A DNA stretch of 64,000 nucleotides from Candidatus Zapsychrus exili (GTDB taxonomy: Bacteria > Omnitrophota > Gorgyraeia > Zapsychrales > Zapsychraceae), in the NCBI GenBank assembly GCA_030765585.1, contig JAVCCJ010000121.1, positions 7,233 through 71,232 on the forward strand, given 5' to 3'. Position numbers and translations under genes: made by a program. Positions 28,718-42,200 of the stretch are shown one piece after another. The notes under the pieces are model-generated. The model worked only from the letters and a program-made list of their open reading frames with translations, was not told the DNA's origin and did not search any database. Position 1 is the stretch's first letter. Each line of letters begins with the position of its first letter.

Positions 28718-29078
28718 CAATAAGATTAGATTATTTGTCATTAGGTTAGTAGGCCGCATCAAGTGTTGGATGACAAAAGAGGGTGGATAGGCTAGGGTTT
28801 ATCCCTATGTTTCTAAATGCTGCCATTATTAATGTCCAATCTGATTATGCTTTGTAACAAGAAGGTAGGACCATCCTGAGCAAAGCTAAGGATGACTTTT
28901 TTGTCATTTTTGCCTAGGGTCTGACCCTCGTACTTATAAATCAGATTGCTGGGCCGCTCGCCTCTGCGAAGCTTTACGGTTTCGCTACAGCGAAGCAGGG
29001 CAAATTCACATACATGACCTATTGAAATACTTGATGTAATCATAGAAGCATCAAGCGCAAATTTCTGCCTACCGGTAG

Positions 29079-29300
29079 TGTACTACTTCACAATTTTGGT
29101 AACACTTTAAAATTATTTAATAATTTTTTTTCCTTCTCCCCTTTGGGGAGAAGGCCTGTCTTTCTTTAGGAAGACAGAGATGAGGGGTAAGAATAAAAGC
29201 CCCTCACCTTAACCCTCTCCCCAAAGGGGAGAGGGAAAATTTCTTTTTGAAATCAATTATTTCTTCTACTAATTTGTTACCAAAATAGTGAAGAATTACA
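29079..29300. mobile_element. 222-bp non-autonomous MITE with TGT...ACA ends, 26-bp TIRs and 6-bp target duplication
   Basis: TIRs TGTACTACTTCACAATTTTGGTAACA (29079-29104) and TGTTACCAAAATAGTGAAGAATTACA (29275-29300) are 23/26 complementary. CGGTAG lies at both 29073-29078 and 29301-29306. Confidence 0.85.
29130..29237. repeat. CCCTCTCCC-type palindromic REP doublet inside the MITE
   Basis: CCTTCTCCCCTTTGGGGAGAAGG...GATGAGGGG and CCCCTCACCTTAACCCTCTCCCCAAAGGGGAGAGGG, inverted relative to each other. Confidence 0.75.
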
Positions 29301-30019
29301 CGGTAGGTAGGCACACAGGCTAAGTTAATGTTCGCCTTGTCAATAAGTTGGCTTCATAAGTTAGGTGCTCGTTTAATGTCCAATCTGAGGGTTTAAAGCA
29401 AGTTTGAGTAATTTGTTGGAATGCTAGCTAAAGGGTTTGTTTTAAATGAGTTAAGATAAGAATTTTAAGCAAGATAAATGTCCAATCTGACTCTGTTTTG
29501 TGGCAAGAAAACAGAGTCATTTTGAGCGAAGCGAAGGATCTCTAAGGTGATTGTCATCTACGCAGGTATTTTTGTCTATTGGGCAGGTAGTGTGGCAAAG
29601 GGACAGGCGAGTAGAGGGATAAATCTCCGACTGTCCCTCTATGTTGCGGGACAGACGAGGGTCTGACCCTCCTGTTTTAGGCTGGAGCCTGACTCTTTTT
29701 GGGTTTTTGAGCAGAAAAATAGTAGTTTTTGAGGTAAAATGGACAGTTTTTGACAAGAAATAGGTTGTTTTTGATAAAAATGGATGTCATTGGATGAAAA
29801 TAAGTGATTTGGGCTAATATTTGGAGCTCAATAGCCTAAAAACTAGAAAAAATGGGAAATTTGTCAAGTGCTTGCCAAAAAAATATTTTTTTTAATGCTT
29901 TTGGACCCCCAAAAGGGGCTGAGTTGATGATCATTTTTTTGCTAGAATTGTGGCAATTTCTTTATTAGAACTATTATATTTCTCGTCGAGATTCTCATAA
30001 ATTGCTTAAAATTTTTTGC

Positions 30020-30047
30020 TTGACAAAATATTTATAATAAATATAAT
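30020..30047 (+). promoter_or_regulatory. Consensus sigma70 promoter upstream of giant gene
   Basis: TTGACA-16 nt-TATAAT. Confidence 0.55.
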
Positions 30048-30254
30048 ACTTAGTATTAATAATATAAAAAAAGCGCTTTCTTAAAACTTGCAAGAAAGGT
30101 CCTTTTATTGTCTCGACGAGGAAACGTATAAAAATTCAAGGAAATTAATAAAACATCAATTGTGTATTGTAACTCCTTTGTTTTCAACTAGTTAGAATAT
30201 AAAAAAAATATCTTCTGACCTTGTTGCAATACAATAATATGCTATACTTTCAAT

Positions 30255-33200
30255 ATGAAATCAGCCGCGGAACAAAATAGAGAGCCAGAAGATGATAGAA
30301 AAGCCGACAGCTCAATTGGCAATATGAGCGAGAATACGGCTTTTACTCATCAACATTCTTATGTTCCTACCAATAGGACTTTCTTAAACTCTGAAGATTG
30401 TTCTGCTGATGCTCAAAATATTTCAAATACCCAACCACAAGAAGAACCAATTCCACATAAATCACGCTTTAAATCTTGGATTAAGACAGTTGCATTAATA
30501 ATAATATTGGTTTTTGTTCCTGAGCAAATTAGTTGGGCATTTAGCTATAATCCTCTTGTACTTTGGAAAGATAAGGCTACTGTTGCTTCACAGTATCTTG
30601 GTGATGGAAATACTATTGCAGCAGAGAACCAAATGACAGAAGAGCAAATAGTCTCTTTACGTGTGTCAGAAAGTGTTAGCCATTTTTTAAAACAACTTCA
30701 AAACAAAAATGCTCAACAAATACAATTACAACTTCCAAATCCACACAAATCAAAGCTAGTTAAGGATAATCAATATAATATATTAATTAATACTGATTTG
30801 GCTTTTAATGAGTCAAATATTGCTGAAATTGCAACTTGGTTAAGAGAACCTGCAATTCACCCATTAAATTGTGGCGTTTATGCTCTTAATGATATCCTTG
30901 CTAATTATGATGTTAAATTAAGTCTAGAAGAAATCTCAGTTATGTCTCTTTTAGTTGATTTAATCAACGATATCGTTCGCCCTGGCGAACCAAAGCTTAA
31001 AACATCTCTTTACGCGATAAACAAGATTACAGAAGCATACGGAATTAACTTAAAAGCAGCAAAGCTTGCACCAGCTGATATTTTTGATTTAGAGCCACCT
31101 TTTATCGCTAATTTTGATGATGAGCATTTTGTGACTGTTACAAAAGTAGACGATACAAGCGTTTATTACAATGATATAGGTCGCGCGTCATCAAGTTCAA
31201 GATTAGATTTCTTAGACCAAGTAACAGGTTTTGTTTTAGCTCCTGAGCTAGAAGCTCAAGATGATGTAAAATTTGAGTATGTCCCTGATGCAATGCAGGC
31301 ATTTATTTGGGGTTCAAAATGGCATGGTAATCTTGATAATCTTCCAGGATTGTACAGCTGGGGAGATGTTGCTATTGGAGCTGCTTTTCAAGTTGTTGGT
31401 CTTTTTACCGGTGGTCTTGCTAGTAGCGTATTAAGTTTAGGTGCAGGTAGTTTTCTAGGTTCTCTTACAACAGCTATTGCTTTAAGTGAGTGTTATGATG
31501 CAGAAACTGGTGCGGCAGATCAGGGTTGTTTAGATACAATGTTTGTTTTAAATATTGTAGGAACTTCAGCAATATCAGCCGGCAGTGGCGCATTAAATGC
31601 TGATAGCTTTGATTTAGGCGCTTTCGCAGGAGACTTTGCTAAAGGCGCTGTTGTTGGGCTTGGACAAGGGTTGATTATGCTTTATGTAGGTAAATTGCTT
31701 AATGATTTACTTGAAGATTGGGATGCGCCTGATGCTCTAAAACAAGCAATTATTGGCGCGGTTTCATCTGTTGTAGCAACAACTGCAATGGGCTTAGTTG
31801 TAGATGGCCTAGACGCTGCTCTTAAAGAAATGGGTGTCGGAGAAGGCGCTAAAGTTGATTTGTCTTTAAAGAGCGTATATGCCGGAGACACACAGGTAAA
31901 GGTAGAGCCCGAATGGGCAGTTTGGAAAGCAACGGCTATGGGTAACGTTTTATCCGGCTTAAACAAGGTTGTAACATTTATAGGAAAATATACTGGAATT
32001 TCATGGGCGTTAAATCAACTTAATAAAGGCTGGAACAAGCTAGTAAAGGGCATGATAGGCTCAAATTCAGGAGCTGCAAAAACTTTAACTGCTACAGGAA
32101 AAGCTTTTAACGGCATAAAAAAGGGAGTTAATTATGCGCTAAACGGAAAGTTTAGTCCAGTAACTTATGTAATCAAAGCTCTTGCGGTTATTCCAAGAAC
32201 TGTTAGAAATCTTATGTCTGAAGGTAAAAAGGTTTGGGGAGTAAAGCATCTAGTTTTTGCATTAGAACAACATAATTTTTTAAGACAAATGACAGTGTTG
32301 GCAGTTAGATACATTTTATCAGAAGGTAAAATTCTTGGAATTGATGATGGCAATAAAGAAAATAATGGAGATGATGGAGAAGACCGCGGAATAGCATTTG
32401 ATTCATTCCTTTCTCAAGCAATAGGCATGGGCGTTGGTATGTTTTATGATCATGTTTCTATTGGATTAGATAATCGTGATAATTTAACTAAAAGAACGGA
32501 AAATGAAATTGCACAAAAGAAAGCAGAGGCAGAAGGGTTAGATAAAAACGATCCAGAATATGGTGATTTTATACAGAACAATATTGTCTCAATGACAGGT
32601 ATGTCTTTAGAGGATATTTTCGCTAAACGAGCAGAGTTTGGTTTAAGCGAAAACAGTGATTTTGCTCAATACCAAGGAAAAAGAACTTCTGCTTTTATAG
32701 CAATACTTGGAAAGTCGGTAGCCTCAGTATTATTAGCTAAACATTATGATAAAAAGGAATGTGCAAGAGTAGATTGTAATGAAACTGAAAGACTTGGAGA
32801 AGACCCGAATAGAGATCGCATAGGCTTGCTTAAGTTCAGGGCAACGCAGTTTCTTATAGGCGGACTTATTGAGGGCGGAATTGCTATTTTAACTGAAAGT
32901 AATAGAAGGCCAGATGGTGCTGAGCTTACTCAAACAGATAAAAAAGTAGAGCTTGATAAAAAGATAATTAATAAATTAGCTAATAAAGATGCAGATAAAC
33001 TCGAGAATGCTTTAAATACAAGCATGATGTTAGTAAATGAAAAAGGAGAATTGATAGATAATCTTAATGCTACAGAGAAAACATCTAATGAAATGCTTCT
33101 AGCAGCAAAGAAAAAATATGAACAAGCTTATAGTGAAGGCGGCGGAGCAAATGGAGAAGGCATTGAGAAAGTTTTAGCAGCAGCAGGATTGTCAAAGAAA

Positions 33201-36200
33201 GAGTCAAAAGAATATTTGAAACAACGCGCGAAAGAATTAGATAAAACTAATGATGTTTCTAAGCTTTTCTTATTATTTAATGGCAACTTTGTAGCTAAAA
33301 CTATTCAATCGATGTATTCCGCTAATGGCAACAGTCCATATGGAATAGTTGGATATGATGATGGTGTTGCTGTTTATGATCAAAGAGGATTTGTAAGAGC
33401 TGATGAGGATGCATCGCCTACAGAAAAATTAATTTCAAGCATAGCTGCTCGTTCTTCCTATATTAATGAAATGGTTGGTATGTATGGAGGAATGACTCTT
33501 ACAAAGAGATTAATGGTAAGAGAGCAAAATGAAAAAATGGAAGCAGATATGCGCAGAACTAATGAAGTCTCATCAGCTGCTCCTATATCTGAAGAAGAGC
33601 TTGCGCGTCAAATAGGCGCTGCTCAGATGAGAGCAAATGTTAAAACATTAGATGTAATACATAATAGTAACAATTATTTCTTAGATGCGATCAATCAGTC
33701 CTTAGCAACAGCATTATTCTCACCTCAAGATAGCCCTATTTTACACGCACTTGATTCTTTAGCATTTGATTTTGTTGATGCATCAATAGAGCAACAAGCA
33801 CAGGCTGCCTGGGAAGATGAGAGTAAAAAACCAGATACAAATAAATTAGCATTTCTTCAAAACAAACGTCAAGAGCTTCGCGATGAGGTAGCAATGAATT
33901 CTGATGACAAGTTTGGTTATTCGCCATCTGATTCTGTAGATGTATCAATAGAACAACAAGCACAGGATGCTTGGGCAAAAGAGGGCAAAAAGCCAGATAC
34001 AAATAAACTAGAATTCCTTCAAAACAAACGCAAAGAGCTTCACGAAGAGGCAGCAATGAATTCTCCATGGTTAGGCTTGGGTATGGATTATAGATATCTT
34101 GCTAGCGAACAAATAGGCGAGGGAATAGATAGCAATAAAATTACTTATAAAATGAGTGAGAATTTAGTATTTAATTCAGGCAAGGGTATTTTGCTAGGAA
34201 CATCTCTTGAAAAGAAGGGTGATCTTTTAGAATATGGTTTAGAAAAGTTAAATGTTTATTATCAGGATGAAGTTGGTAAAGGAGATTATATTGGTGAAGG
34301 CTCTGATCGTGATTTTAGCGGAACAATAGTTAGAGATATTTCTGGCTTAAGCGAAATAGACAGAAGAGAATTAGGTTTTGATCCAGAAAAGATGAAAATT
34401 GCGACTGAAAATGATGGAGATAAAGAAATAGTTGCAGTAGGACTTGCACAAAAACTTAGACAAACAGATAGAAAAGAAGACGTATCTGCTCTTAATGAAG
34501 AGAAAAAGGGCAAAATCATTACTAAAATAGATGGTACAACACGTCTTGTTTTTGGTTATGAAGCAGAGCATTTAGCAGAACAAGGCAAGAAATATGATAT
34601 GACAGTTGATGTTGGTAAGTTTACTGTTAATGAAGAAACAGGCGACAGAATTCATTTATCAGCTCAGAGACAAGCTGCTCCTGATGCACAACTTTCAGAT
34701 AGTTGGGTAGTTACGCGACAAGATTTTAATGCAGCAACACCAAAAGATATAACAGCTACTACAATGTTTTTTGCTTCTCAGGGGGAAGTTATAGATGAGC
34801 AAGGCAATGTATTAGAACAGTATGTTGCTAGCATTAGTTCTGAAGATTGTGTTACAGGTTGCACAGATCCTAAAAAAACCTGGTATGTTAATCGTTCTCT
34901 TTTTGCAAAAGAAGGTGATAAAAAAATAAGTGATATGGATGATCTTGGTTTTGATACAAATCTTAAGACTTTTGCGAATAAAGATGTAAAAACAGAAATA
35001 GCAGCTCTTAAAAAAGATTATAAAAGAATTGATGATTCTACAGAAAAAGATGAGAACCGTTTAGCTGTAGTTAATACAATTATTGATCATGCAATTGAGG
35101 ATAAAGAGTCAAATCAAATCGCAAAAGAGCTTTATGGTTTCGCAAAGATGGTTGAAGAACATAAAGTAGCATCATCTCTTGAAATTGGAGCTTATACCAA
35201 TAATAAGGAAGGCTCTAACCAAGAAGGAGAAGAATTATATCTTGGAATAGCAAGATACAACACAGATGATAAGGGTAATGTAAAAGATACTTCAACAGTT
35301 CTTATTAGTGAACCTCAAATATATGATAAAAATGGCGCTGTTGCAACGACTAATTTTATTTATCAAACAGAACAAACAAGCGCTTTTAATGTGGGTGATT
35401 CTGCAGTTTATGGAAAAGTTGTTGATGGTAAAGAAACACTTGTTAGTGCAGAAGAAATAGATACATATAAAGATAAAAAAGGAATAAAGGGAGATGTTAA
35501 ATCAATTGCTGTTGTTCGTCAGGTAGCAAAAGGCGATATAGATCTTTCTAGCGCAGTTGAAATGGCAAAAGGCTTTGATAAAGATGGAGTTGATAAGTTT
35601 GGAGATACGCCAGAGAATTTTAATGGCAAAGATTATATGAGTTTTGTTGCTGCTTCAACAGAAGATGGCCAGACAGCTGTTTTAGAAGCAAGCAAATCTA
35701 AACTAGTTCAAGGATATTCTGAGATTAAAAGTTCAGTTAAAGTTCATTATGATCATGATTCTTATAAATTAGAAGCAAAAGCCAAAAAAGATTTAGATAG
35801 TGCAGCAGCAACATTAAATGATAACGATCAAAAAAATATCATTATAAATGGAAGAACAGATTCGTCAGGTACAAATCAATACAATGTGAAGTTAAGTTTA
35901 AATCGTGCGCTTGCAGCAAAAGATTATTTAATGGAGCAAGGTATATCAGAAGATAGAATAATAATTCGCGCTCTTGGAGAAGGAGAAGCTGATCAAAGTA
36001 TTGCTGAAAGCATCCGTTCTGATAAAGAGATTGGTCGTAAAGATAGAAATAGTTCTTTTGAGATAGTAGAGAAATCGCCTCTGGGAGATTCTAAGATTAC
36101 TTTTAGGGTAGATAAAGAAGGCTTTGTTAAGAGAGCTAGCACAAATTTCTATACCGCAGGGTTGGATAACGAGGGTAGCAGTATTGTTTATGATTTAGCT

Positions 36201-39200
36201 CCTAAAGCAAGTCTATTAGCTGATGCTCTTATACTTTTAGCAGCAGATGTTGCAGATGCTTTAGGACCTGAAGAAAATAAAATTCAAGAAATTGTGACTT
36301 CAAACGCTACAAGCGCTAAGGCAGCACAATTAGATGGAGCATTAGTTGCTATCGTCCCTGATATAAGAGCATACGAGCTTGGTAAAAACGATCTTCTTCA
36401 CATAGTAGATGGAGAGATAATTGCGCCTAACGAAATTCGTTTTGATGATTATGCTCCAGATCCTACATCTACTCCTAAAAGAGATTCAAAAGGTAATGTT
36501 GTTGCTGGTTCGTTTATAAAAGATACTGTTGCAACTAAACAAGGCGATGGAACATATGCATATTCAAGCGCAGATGGAAAAGTTGGTAAAGCAGCTTCGT
36601 TAACCGTAGATCAGTTAGTTGTAACTAAGTTTGGAGTAGTTGGTGTTGATGAAGCAGCAATTGTATCAGATAAGCCATTAATATTAGGGAACAATAGCCA
36701 ATGGTTAGCATCTTCTTCTGATGCAACACTTGAAGTTGCTTTTGGTAGCAAAACAACACAAGCGCTTGATAGCAAAGGTAATATTGTCGGGCCAGTAGAA
36801 GAAGTTAATTATAACGGCGGATATCGCATTGATGAGAGTAAGGCTATTGTTTTAAGAAGCAAGGTTGGAGAAGGCGCATTATTAGGTTCTATTTATATAA
36901 ATAATGAAGGGGCTCCAAAGGTTCTTGATAAAGAAGCTTTTGAAGAGGAGTCTTTAGAAGACAATAAAAAATATGTTAGCGCAACTACACAATCAGAAAC
37001 TGTTGGATCGTTAAGTGTTGCAGGAATTTCAACAGAATCTAAATGGACCGCAACTCCTGTTGTCGACGGGAAAATTAATAAATATGCAGCTGATGAAGAT
37101 GGTGTTTTAGAGTCTGCTTTAGTTGGAAACAGAATAGTTTCTCTTCATGGAAATGCTAAAGAAAACAATATGACATTTAAGGATATGAAAGATAAGGCAA
37201 ACGTAGGCTTTATTTCTAAGAGTGGACGCATGATTCTTACTCCTAATAATAATAATATTTCTGGTGGATGGTCTAAAGATGCAAATGATCAATTAAGTTT
37301 TAATGTAGGGATAAAAGATACTAAGAAAATGAATGGTAGTGAAGAGGGCAAAGGCACAGCATTAGGACTACAGCAAGAGAATGTTCTTGTTTACAACAAA
37401 GGAATTGGCAATATTCTCTATCAAGGTTCAGAGCAGACCAGCGTTGATCCTGTAACAGGTCTTGTAGGAGCAAATCGTTTTGTAACAATGAACTTAACAG
37501 GTGATATGGGCGTAAATCAAGGAACTGTTTTAGCTTCTAAGGTTGATTTAGCACAGGGAAATATTGAAGGACAGGTAAGAAACCATAAAGATTTAGATGC
37601 TCCGAGCATATTTAGCGCTAAATTAAATACTTTTGATATCAAGGATAGTGAGATTATTTTAAAGGTTTCACAAGAACTCGGTGATGTTTCGCAATTACCG
37701 GTTGCTGCTGATTTTGCTTACTCTAAAGAAGGAAAGGGTGAAGCACCAGTACAAACCCCTGCAAATTTAGCCGCTTTAAAAGGTGTTGAAAATAATCCAA
37801 ATGTTTTAATGCTTGAGGTAAGTAAAGAAGCCGGCCAAGATCTTACAAAAGTCTTAGGAACACCAACAAGTAGCGTTCTTAATTTCGCATTTTCTACAGA
37901 TGGACTTAAATTTAATCCAAAGGCAGAAGGTTCTGTTTATTCTAATTTTGATCGTGTTTCTGTATTGTCAGGAGTTGAAGCCCCTACTGTGATACTTAAA
38001 AGAGAAGCAACGCCGACAGAATCAAATTCAACCCCAGCTATTCAATTTATAGCAGATGCTAATAATAATGTTAAGATGCAGTGGAAAGGTATTTGGAATA
38101 TACAAAGAGATAGCGCATATACAAATCATTCAACTAAGTGGATGAGCGCCGATGGAAAATCAGAAGCTCCACTAGTGCTTAATACTACAATAATAGGAGA
38201 AGAAATAACTGCAAGTGCTGGATGGAATGATACTGCAGTATGGAATTGGGCTGCAGGCGCACCTAAAATGCGGGGAACAATAACAGATAAAGATGGTAAT
38301 TCTGTAAGTAGCTTAGGAATACAAAGAGTAGATGGCGCAGGTGCAGGTTGGACGATACAAGCTCGTGGTAGCAAAGATGGAAGTACTCTTGTTGCACCAA
38401 ATCACGTTAATGTTGAAGAAAATGGTTATGTTGATCCAGATGCTAAAAAAGATGTAGATAAAACAGTATCTAATAAATTTTTCAAATTACCTCAAGCTCA
38501 AAGCTATGATGTTTATAAGGATGGAAGCAGAGAAGATGGTTTAGTCGAAGTTAGATTGAACCAAGGCTTCCCAGAAGGCGTTGAAACACCAGCAGATTTT
38601 GAGATTAAAAGCGGTCAAAGCATTAATTTACTTGTTCAAGACCATGATGGATTATCTTCTGTATCAACAACTGAGAATATGGTTGGTACTGATGTAAGGA
38701 AGATGATTTATCATGCAAAAGCTCCAGAACAAGAAAAGGCTGCTGTTGAGAAAGAAGTATCTGAGCAAGAGACAGATTTGAATAAGTTTTCTATGCCAAT
38801 AGAAAATTTTGTTGCTAAACAAGACAATACTCGTTTAGCCAAGGTTAATATTCCAGTAATAATTGATAATTTTATCACACCAGAGCCTAATGTAGATAAA
38901 ATCACAGTTCAAGAATGGAGAGTAGAACGTGCTCCAGAGACTATGGTAGTAGAAAATCCTTACAGCGTATTAACTTTGGATGGTAGTCGAGCAATAGAGC
39001 GCGATGTATGGGGCAGTAAAGTAGGTACCATACCTATTAAAGAAACAGTTTCTTTTGAGCCAGGAGATTATCAATCATTTGGCGATGTCAATAAAACTGT
39101 ACTTATTACAAAGACTGCAGCGACTTCGTACAATATTGATTATTCTAATTCAGATAAAATTACTGCAACAAAATCAAGTGAAGGTCTTAATTTCGTTGAT

Positions 39201-42200
39201 TATAGCGGAGAAATGTCTTTTATAAAAGGAAGAACCTCTAAAGAAATAGAACAGATAAAAGAAAATGATATAACAGAGTGGTTTCCTAATGCAACAGAAG
39301 GCAAAGAAAAAGTTAGCGTACAAATGGACTCAGATGCGATTACGTCAGAGGCGATGCAAATTAAGCGTTATGATCCAAAAACAGGCGCTCATGTTACTGA
39401 CAGATATCTTGCAGGCATGACAGCAATAAAGGGAAATGACGGAATAATTAGATCACAATTTACTACAGAAGCTAGTTTGTATAATGCTGATACTAAAGAA
39501 ATTGGTAATGCAGGTAATTTATTATATGATGCTGCAGCATCTTTCTTGCTAGATTCTGTTGAAACAGATAAAGGTAAAAAGGCAGTATTTAAATTTGTTC
39601 CAGAAGGGCAAGATCCAACTGTTTTTACTGCCACATCTAAGGGAGGCATAGAAACAGTTAATACGATCTATACAGACCCTGCCACGATTAAAGAGGCTAA
39701 TGAGGCAAATTCATCAGGTGCTTTATTGCCAGAAGCTATAGCGCAAACTTTAGATCCTAACAATACTGGTTCAATTCAAAGAGTTTATCAATATCAGGGC
39801 AAGAAGCTTGTTAATGAATATTTTGCTGTTACGAGAGCTAAAGAAGACAGTAGTAAGGTAGAAAAATTTTATGTAGACGGTAAATATGCTAATCCAAATA
39901 ATGCAAATGAATTAAAATCTCTTATTGCAAGCGAATTAAATCTTGATTTAAAAGAAACCAAGACTTCAACATTACAAGATTTTTCGTATTCTAAAACAAT
40001 AGAAGATGATGCCGAGGTAGTGTATGTTTCTCCTCAAGGAAAAGTTTACTTAAGGATGGTAACAGGCAGAACTATTATAGAAACACCAAATAGTTATTCT
40101 AGTTCATCAACTTCTACTAGCGAGCAACATGATGTTTTTGCCTATGATCTTGTAACAGGCGATGTTGAAGAAGTAGATGTAGAGAAGACTTTTGTAGATG
40201 TTGTTACTGATAAAGATGGTGCTAAGAGATATGCACTTAAATATCTTGTTCCTGAGAGTAGAACACGATATTCGATAGGATTGCCTATTTCGTATAAGCC
40301 TGCTGGCGTACAAGGCATAGAATTTAAAGATGAAGATGGAAAAGAAATTTGGGCTGATATCAATTATATAAAATCAGGCCAATTAAATGGCGTAGGAGAA
40401 GAAAAACAGTTTGTCGCTGTAAGTATTCAAGATGCAGGATGGTCTAAAAACAAAAGAAACAGAATAATTGATTTAAGCACCGGTCGTGAAATTACAAGAG
40501 AAGGTTTTATTGAAACACCAGAAGGCGGAAAATGGGACTTAAATAGATATAAAGGCAAAATAGTTGAAATGGTTAAGGCTAAAGGTTTCTGGGGAGACGT
40601 AGGAGATGTTGCTTGGAATGGTCTTAGAGGAGAAGGAAAAGAAACTTATGTGAAGAATATGTTGATGGATTGGGGCATGTCTTATGCTTCAGCCGGGGCA
40701 TTAGATGTTTCTAACCCAAGTGTTGCAGGAGTTGTAACAACCGCTCTTATGTTTACTGGCGTAGGTTCAGGACTTGGGCTTATAGGTAAGGGTGCTAAAG
40801 CAGGTTCTACAGCTGCTAGGGTTTATTCGATATCGCGAGCAGCTTTAAAGACAGGCCTTATATTCGGAGGAATAGATACCGCAGCATATGTTGGAATAGG
40901 AGCGCTTACTGGACAAGATTTAAACTTTTCAGATGGACTTGCAGCTTTTGCAGGTGGGGTTAAGATGGGCGCTACTATGACTCTTGGTATAACTGGATTA
41001 GGAGCTGTCAGCGGAAGAATCGCTAATTCTATTAATGCTGTTAATGGTGTTGCTGGCACTGGTAAAGGATTTAAATTTGTTAGTAAGACATATAAAGGTT
41101 TTGGAAAAATGGCAGAATGGAAGCAAGCAGCAATTTTAAATGGTTCATCTGGTGCAGCAGTTAATGTTACGCGCGGTATGGTTGCAAATTATTATGAAAA
41201 TGGTGGAGAATTAGATTATAGCTTGAGATCTTTTGCAATAGATGCAACAGCTGGAGCTATTATTAGCGTAGCATTAGGCGGCGTTGGATCAAAAGTGATG
41301 AAAGGATCGTTTAACACTAAACAATTGCTTGGTAACAATATGATTCATTATGGTTTAGTTGGTTTAGGTGGCGAAACTGTTTCAACAGGAATATTTAGCG
41401 ACAAGGAAATGACATGGACAAGAGCAGCAGGAAGTTTTGCTATGGGCGCTATTGGTGGATTAGTCTTTAGATCGACATGGATTCCAGAGATGATGGGTGT
41501 TAAACCTGCTGAAATTATAGGTGAAACAGCTAAAGTAACAGAAGGAGTAACAGAAGGAGCTACAAGTTTATTTAGAAATATTAAGAATCCATTGAAGCTT
41601 ACAAAAGCTGCTCAAGGTGTAGAATCTGGCGCAACCGTTCTTAATTTCTCTAAATTACGAACAATAGGAACTTTAACTGGTTTAGGTGTAGGCGCAGGCG
41701 CAGGTATGGCAGCTATGGATGCTAGAGTTCATGCTAAACAAGATGCAAGAAAAGCGGGATTCAAAGAAGGAACTAAAGCATTTGATTCTTTTGTTTCAAA
41801 GGAAACTAGTAATAATTTTAGGAGTTGGAAAACAGCAAAATACATGGGTGCAGGCGCACTAGCTGCAAACGTAATGTTCTTTGGAAGAAGAGCGATACAG
41901 ATGAAAGGCAGAGCAAAACTTTTAGGCACACATAGCAATAAGCGCATTACGCTTCCTCTTATTGCTGATGAACCTCATTTAATTGCAAGCCTATCTTTAT
42001 TAGGAGCTGCGGATTTTGCAATGATCATGCCAGCTTGGGGTGCACTAGATTCAGTTATATATACAGGATTAACCGGTGGAAATCTAGAAGAAGGTTTTTA
42101 TCATTCGTTCCAGCAAAAAGATGTTGATGGAAACGATTTGGGTGTTTTTAGCAATTTAGCTGTTCATTCTATTGGTGGTGCAAAATTAGGTGCTCGCTTA

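Larger units (their letters stand above)
28151..29671. repeat. Four copies of short palindrome GGGTCWGACCC (28151-28163, 28332-28344, 28916-28928, 29657-29671)
   Basis: Read directly. They resemble the short REPs associated with RAYT transposases, but no RAYT gene is in the window. Confidence 0.7.

Noticed and set aside
29320-29372. GTTAGGT as an integron attC core site
   Set aside because: No matching inverse core (RYYYAAC) at a suitable distance, and no integrase or cassette ORF.
28831-29490. AATGTCCAATCTGA copies as a CRISPR array
   Set aside because: The repeat is only 14 bp and spacing is irregular (544 and 102 bp).
28242-29756. Short minus-strand ORFs in the spacer (28242, 28336, 28813, 29517)
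   Set aside because: Their translations are largely REP-derived (GSDP, EGQT, DPSLRSK) with no protein-family signal.
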